From an uncultured Acidimicrobiia bacterium (GTDB taxonomy: Bacteria > Actinomycetota > Acidimicrobiia > Acidimicrobiales > Ilumatobacteraceae), in the NCBI GenBank assembly GCA_963774635.1, contig CAVZFS010000026.1, positions 232,636 through 296,635 of the forward strand: a stretch of DNA of 64,000 nucleotides, written 5' to 3'. A program made the position numbers and the translations under genes. Shown one piece after another: positions 63,430 through 64,000 of this stretch (position 1 is the stretch's first letter; each line of letters opens with the position of its first letter). The notes under the pieces were generated by a model. That model had not been told where the DNA came from and did not search any database. It was given only the letters and a program-made list of their open reading frames with translations.

Positions 63430-64000
63430 TCATTCGTCGGGTCCCGCCGACGCCTCGTTGACCACGTCCACAGCGACATCTCGCAGCTTGCGGTTCGTCG
63501 TCTGGGATTGTTGACGCAGCAGATCGAAGGCGGTGTCGGCGTCGATGCGGTGGGTCGACATGAGGACGCCCTTGGCCTGTTCGATCTCGGACCGTGACTC
63601 CATCGCCTTGGCCATGTCCCGAGAGAGCTCGAACGCCGCAAAGTAGGCCTGGGCGTTCGCCACGACGATCGACGCCTGTCCCGCGAAGGCCTGACAGAGC
63701 TTCTTGTCGGCGTCGCTGAAGCCGCCGAGCGCCTTGCCGTAGAGGTTGAACCCAGCGAAGGTGGTCGAACCCAAGACGTCGATCGGCACCGAGAGCGAAC
63801 TGCGGATGCCGTTGGCCCTGGCGCTCGCCACGAACCTGGGCCAACGCTCTTCGTTGCCGGTGTCATCGATGCGTATCGTCCGGCCCTCGTGGGCTGCCGA
63901 CAAGCACGGCCCTTCTCGGGCGCTGTACTGGGCATCGTCCAGTGCCTGCGCCGTGTCATTCGTCGAACCAACGGTGACGGGCCGCCCTCGCTCGATGATC
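63430..64000 (-). CDS. GAF + ANTAR RNA-binding antiterminator-type regulator (5' end beyond the window)
   Basis: The track ORF is 63430..63903, but the frame stays open to position 64000 (IIERGRPVTVGSTNDTAQALDDAQYSAREGPCLSAAHEG..., a GAF domain). RSEIEQAKGVLMSTHRIDADTAFDLLRQQSQTTNRKLRDVA is the ANTAR domain. Confidence 0.8.
   Translation of the reverse strand, partial: IIERGRPVTVGSTNDTAQALDDAQYSAREGPCLSAAHEGRTIRIDDTGNEERWPRFVASARANGIRSSLSVPIDVLGSTTFAGFNLYGKALGGFSDADKKLCQAFAGQASIVVANAQAYFAAFELSRDMAKAMESRSEIEQAKGVLMSTHRIDADTAFDLLRQQSQTTNRKLRDVAVDVVNEASAGPDE

Overview
The window is a very GC-rich chromosomal segment, with third codon positions almost all G/C. The gene content looks actinobacterial: a dnaK-grpE-dnaJ-hspR operon with a HAIR operator, a SigK/RskA pair next to a fasciclin lipoprotein, PPOX/F420-type enzymes, an LPXTG protein and a SARP regulator. 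I support about 60 protein-coding genes. They include a split histidine-utilisation cluster (hutH, hutU, hutF-hutI), gpmA, zwf, dcd, cdd, def and nhaA. The rest are mostly small regulators (MarR, ArsR, AraC, WYL) and small-fold enzymes (VOC, SnoaL/NTF2, SRPBCC, alpha/beta hydrolase, aldo/keto reductase). I found no rRNA, tRNA, CRISPR array, transposase, integrase or prophage. Five things stand out. (1) A three-gene surface module lies at 16951-20483. It encodes a secreted repeat protein whose mature part has no charged-basic, aromatic (except F), Cys, Met or Pro residues. It also encodes an LPXTG-anchored protein sharing the same ANSG-N motif, and a translationally coupled lipoprotein. This is my best candidate for an undescribed system (curli/chaplin-like surface fibre). 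(2) Four families of short interspersed intergenic repeats are present, including a five-copy tandem (MIRU-like) array between dcd and zwf. (3) A conserved 44-nt inverted-repeat leader element sits in front of two redox genes, with an ECF-promoter-like core also seen upstream of sigK. (4) There is an unusually high density of reading-frame breaks in otherwise intact conserved genes: hutH, def, dnaJ, an aldo/keto reductase, a cNMP-binding protein, an SRPBCC protein and a MarR-GNAT fusion, plus several less certain cases. Most are 1-nt indels in short homopolymers, which points to sequence or assembly error rather than decay. The exception is an 8-bp tandem duplication in hutH. (5) hutF and hutI appear fused in frame, and removing one C would revert this to a normal ATGA-coupled pair. 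All family calls come from reading the translated ORFs and recognising motifs. No database search was run.
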